The notes beneath the pieces were generated by a model. The model had not been told where the DNA came from. It ran no database searches and saw nothing but the letters and a program-made list of their open reading frames with translations. Position numbers and translations under genes: made by a program. A stretch of DNA of 64,000 nucleotides. Source: an uncultured Hyphomicrobiaceae bacterium. Lineage in GTDB: Bacteria > Pseudomonadota > Alphaproteobacteria > Rhizobiales > CAMYJA01. The stretch spans positions 211,695 to 275,694 of the forward strand of contig CAMYJA010000007.1 of assembly GCA_947258705.1 (NCBI GenBank), given 5' to 3'. Positions 60,811-64,000 of this stretch are shown piece by piece. Within the stretch, counting starts at the first letter, position 1; each line of letters starts with the position of its first letter.

Positions 60811-61443
60811 ATGAAGTATTTTGAAAAACTTATCTCTAAGACGAACAGACGCGATCCCTGGAACAAAGGTAAGCTCATCGGCCCCAAGCCACCGCTTCGG
60901 CCAAAACATGTCTGGGCGGTTCGAACCAAACTTCAGATGGAACGCCGAACAAGGGACCTGGCCCTGTTCAATCTCGCGATCGACAGCAAACTCCGCGGCT
61001 GCGATGTTGTGCGGGTTCGTGTCGAGGACATTGCGCCTCGGGGATACGCGGTCGATCGTGCCATCGTTCGGCAGAGCAAGACCGGCCGACCGGTCAAGTT
61101 CGAGCTAACCGAGCAAACACGGGAGTCGCTGGACGACCACCTTCGAGAAGTGAGCCGTGAATGCGGGCAGTATCTCTTTCCGGGACGTGGAAAGGGCACG
61201 CACCTGACAACTCGTCAATATGCACGCTTGCTTGGCGACTGGCTCGCGAGCATAGGTCTTGATCCGTCGCTGTACGGCACGCATTCCCTGCGCCGTACAA
61301 AGGCTACGCTGATTTATAAGCGCACTGGGAACCTGCGCGCCGTCCAGCTTTTGCTGGGCCACTCGAAAATTGAGAGCACAGTTCGATATATAGGTATTGA
61401 GGTAGACGATGCTCTCGAAATCGCGGAACAGGTCGACATCTGA
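60811..61443 (+). CDS. Compact tyrosine recombinase/integrase (210 aa)
   Basis: Catalytic R (DSKLRGCD), K (QSKT), HxxR (HSLRRT), H (LLGH) and Y (TVRY); GAGGAG RBS. Confidence 0.95.
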   Translation: MKYFEKLISKTNRRDPWNKGKLIGPKPPLRPKHVWAVRTKLQMERRTRDLALFNLAIDSKLRGCDVVRVRVEDIAPRGYAVDRAIVRQSKTGRPVKFELTEQTRESLDDHLREVSRECGQYLFPGRGKGTHLTTRQYARLLGDWLASIGLDPSLYGTHSLRRTKATLIYKRTGNLRAVQLLLGHSKIESTVRYIGIEVDDALEIAEQVDI

Positions 61444-61450
61444 AACACTA

Positions 61451-61474
61451 GGGCAGAGCCTACGGGCTCTGCCC
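61451..61474. repeat. Perfect hairpin GGGCAGAGCC-TACG-GGCTCTGCCC immediately after the recombinase
   Basis: 10-bp perfect stem with no U-tract on either side. Confidence 0.9.
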
Positions 61475-61519
61475 ATTCGGCACGGATGAGATCAACAGAC
61501 AATGCCGAGCGAGTATTTG

Positions 61520-61544
61520 GTCAGCATTGCACTCATCAGCTGAC
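61520..61544. repeat. Palindrome-family unit GTCAGC-N13-GCTGAC
   Basis: Perfect 6-bp arms; same geometry as the block-boundary units. Confidence 0.7.
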
Positions 61545-62393
61545 TTTTGCCCCACACCCGACGATGCCCGTAAGAACATATCCCTCGACTTCTGCTCCTG
61601 TATAATTTCTTCCAAATATATGTCTCTCTCCGTTCCGATCGCCCTATCTGTTAAGTGCTCGTAGCGTTTCTTGGTTGTGTCGACGCGTCTTGGTTATCGT
61701 CAGCGGTTTTCAGGTGGATACAGCCGAGTAATCCGGAATTGTTGCCAAGGCGAGCCTACTTTTGTCCAGGATTCCAACCATGGTTTGCCCGCCAATTATG
61801 ATCAACCACCGACCAAAGGGGGGTATTCTATTAAAAGGCTGCGTCTACATTTAATGACATGTAATCGGTTTCCCAACCGTTGTTTACGGGCTTGAACCTT
61901 ACCTAAACCGAATGACCCACCTTGCTGAATTTGGATTATTATTTGTTTTTCTATTAATTATTGGTTTCTCTATTGCTTATGCCTATCGATACAGGGCTTT
62001 TCGCCTGTCACTTGCCTGGAATTCTTGTTTACAGGCATTGATGCGCATTTAATTTGTGTTTTTGCAATTTCTATTTTTAAAAATTCCGGTATTGAAATCG
62101 GGAAAATGGCTTAACTGCTACTCACATACATATGGAACCCGCAAACTTTGGGTGCCCCCCCACCCCGGCCCCCTTTTTTACCCACTTGCCATTGAAGCCC
62201 TTAAAATTGCTGTAATGGCCTATTTGCGAGACTTTGCGCGGGTCAATGCGCGTCAATGAAGGTGAATGTAGGACTTTGTATTTTGTTACGGACGCTTTGC
62301 AAAAGGTCGACAGGGTGATCCCTTGAGTGTCGGCGGTTTTCAATTCCGAAACTGTTTCATGATTGCATGGCTGGCACCAATGAGCTTTTTACA

Positions 62394-62738
62394 TCAACGC
62401 TCTAATGTACAAATGCGCACTGATTTTCTTGTCTTTTTTCTGTGAAGCCGCCATGCATCGAAATAGCTATTGAGAAATGCGGCGCGTAAACAGGCCTTTT
62501 CATAATCCTGTCCAAGCGGTTCATTGTGCAGTGGGCAGTTTTCGCGCCGAGCCCACCAGGGCAAACACCAGTAATAGGCCCATCGCTCTGATTTAAGCTG
62601 GCGTGTCTGCAAATATCGGGGGCGATTTTCAAGCTGTCTGTTTTCGACATTCGAGTAAACCCGCCTGATTTTCCGGATGCCGACAGCATTGGCGGGCGAC
62701 AATTCCCAGACATCCGTTGCAAGAATTAGATGCGCCAT
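62394..62738 (-). CDS. Hypothetical protein resembling a phage-integrase N-terminal region
   Basis: PRY...LKS.R.AYYW..P.WAR...CPL..EPLG.DY..A..RA..LN..FDAWR pattern, recalled from alphaproteobacterial phage integrases. Confidence 0.55.
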   Translation of the reverse strand: MAHLILATDVWELSPANAVGIRKIRRVYSNVENRQLENRPRYLQTRQLKSERWAYYWCLPWWARRENCPLHNEPLGQDYEKACLRAAFLNSYFDAWRLHRKKTRKSVRICTLER

Positions 62739-62932
62739 TGATCATTCATCAGCTGTCTGAAAAACGTCTTCGCGCTTTTCAAAGAATGCTTGAAGCGGTT
62801 TTCATGCTGAATTGATGGATTTGATGATGTTTGGAAGTGTTTTGATGTTTGAGCTGGAACAGAACATTTAGACATACCTATGGTAAATATATATGGGCGG
62901 TACTTCTTGCGGAGGTCGGAGAGCCCGATCAT
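62726..62932 (-). CDS. Possible small coupled ORF (may instead be non-coding origin sequence)
   Basis: ATGA overlap with the upstream gene; overlaps the downstream start; no recognisable motif. Confidence 0.25.
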   Translation of the reverse strand: MIGLSDLRKKYRPYIFTIGMSKCSVPAQTSKHFQTSSNPSIQHENRFKHSLKSAKTFFRQLMNDQWRI

Positions 62933-63468
62933 TTGCTTGACCCCTTGTTTTTGGGCCTTTTTGCAAAACCCTGGGCAGCATTATCCGCGACGATCCGCAA
63001 ATCCTGCCGGGGTCCTCCGTAATTTGTGCGGAGGGCCTCAGTAGATTTTGCGTGGTCATTCTGTTTTTTTGGTCTTCGCCCGATGGTGAGTATTGGCCGA
63101 TCCGGTTCCCAATCGCGCCAGTCATCGGTTGGCTCCCGCCCATTGTGTTCCTCGATAGTCAGGCGATATTCCGTCGCCTTGCCTGCCACATAGCAGGCCT
63201 CATGGGTAAGGGTCAGGAATCCGCGCTCTTCGAGTTGACGAAAGGCATTGCGGGCTGTGTTTTCACTCACACCAAGAAGCTCGCAGGCATTGGCATTGGA
63301 AATCGAAAGCCTGCCGTTCCGGTCCGGCCAATAAATCCTTTGAAACTCTTCAAGGAGACATCGTGCATTGGTTGAAAGACTGCGGTAGGCGGGTGAGTTG
63401 AGCCATTCTTCATGCTTCATAATGAAGCCGCCTTTTCTTTTGAACTTCGGCCTTTTAGTTTTTGGCAT
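62929..63468 (-). CDS. Winged-helix HTH protein, putative replication initiator of a phage/satellite-like element
   Basis: LNSPAYRSLS..AR.LL, NG.LSIS...ACELLGVSENTARNAFRQLEERGFL; GGGGGAGG RBS. Confidence 0.75.
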   Translation of the reverse strand: MPKTKRPKFKRKGGFIMKHEEWLNSPAYRSLSTNARCLLEEFQRIYWPDRNGRLSISNANACELLGVSENTARNAFRQLEERGFLTLTHEACYVAGKATEYRLTIEEHNGREPTDDWRDWEPDRPILTIGRRPKKQNDHAKSTEALRTNYGGPRQDLRIVADNAAQGFAKRPKNKGSSK

Positions 63469-63700
63469 GACCTCCCCCGATCAACTGCGACGCCTTGATT
63501 TCGCGTCCCATGGGGAGAAAGCGGCATCCGTCGGAGGTGATTTCAGCAATAAGACGCCCTATCTTTTCGCCCTTTCTCAATCTGGCAATTTTCACCACAC
63601 GCGTGTGGTTGGAACGGACAAGGGCAATGCCCCAGTTAATGCAATCATAAAGACCACCCATATGTGACAACCGACCGCTGAGACCGACGTAGGTTTTCAT
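63455..63700 (-). CDS. Hypothetical protein
   Basis: ATGA overlap with the upstream ORF; overlaps the start of the HTH gene. Confidence 0.55.
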   Translation of the reverse strand: MKTYVGLSGRLSHMGGLYDCINWGIALVRSNHTRVVKIARLRKGEKIGRLIAEITSDGCRFLPMGREIKASQLIGGGHAKN

Positions 63701-63975
63701 GAGACGGCCTGCCCTGATCCCCGCGTCGCATGTGAGGCTCTGCCTTTCAGCCGCTCGGATCGACGATTTTTTTCCTCCTCGGAAAGAACCGGTTTTTTGC
63801 GAAAGGGATTAGTACCCATCCGAAAGGGCCAAAGTGCACAATCTGTCGCCACGCATTTGCGAGTCTCGGCTTTGAATCCTCCACAGCAGTCGAGGCATTT
63901 TGCTCGAATGGCTCTTAAAGGATTTTTTTTCCTGAAATTGAGGGAGAGAAATTCTAAAGGTACATCTGTAGGCAC
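63697..63975 (-). CDS. Small Cys-rich phage-type hypothetical protein
   Basis: PLRAIRAKCLDCC...C...DCALWPFRMG.NP pattern; GGGTAGG RBS and GTG start. Confidence 0.7.
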   Translation of the reverse strand: MPTDVPLEFLSLNFRKKNPLRAIRAKCLDCCGGFKAETRKCVATDCALWPFRMGTNPFRKKPVLSEEEKNRRSERLKGRASHATRGSGQAVS

Positions 63976-64000
63976 CCTACCTACCCAGTGGCCATTGACC

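Noticed and set aside
61451-61474. Hairpin as an intrinsic terminator
   Set aside because: There is no U-tract on either strand, so it is reported as a hairpin of unknown role.

Overview
GC-rich alphaproteobacterial chromosome segment. Gene content and order suggest Hyphomicrobiales (inference). The core backbone carries purC-purS-purQ-purL, bolA-grxD, rpsD, trmJ, icd, alaS, recA (with two alpha-type LexA boxes), an L,D-transpeptidase, a sigma-54 response regulator, oligoendopeptidase F, pntAA/AB/B, an Fba-Dabb fusion, purE-purK and rpsU. I found no rRNA, tRNA or CRISPR array. Three accessory blocks interrupt the backbone: about 20.8-25.3 kb, about 45.0-50.7 kb, and about 54.2 kb to the window end. 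The main observation is that all three are bounded and subdivided by one family of short imperfect palindromes: 6-bp arms like GTCCGC...GCGGAC around a 12-13 nt core, often TGACCC/TGGCCC, arranged in pairs or triples. An identical 15-mer (TGACCCAAGGCGGAC) occurs at 24337 and 45065, and a ~170-bp direct repeat occurs at 20806 and 24173. Degenerate units of the same geometry flank a compact, catalytic-domain-only tyrosine recombinase (60811-61443). I infer a possible integron-like gene-cassette system using hairpin-type sites and a non-IntI recombinase; this is untested. The right end holds a phage/satellite-like operon with iteron-like repeats. Two core genes (purE and a TPR lipoprotein) appear to lack a usable canonical start codon.
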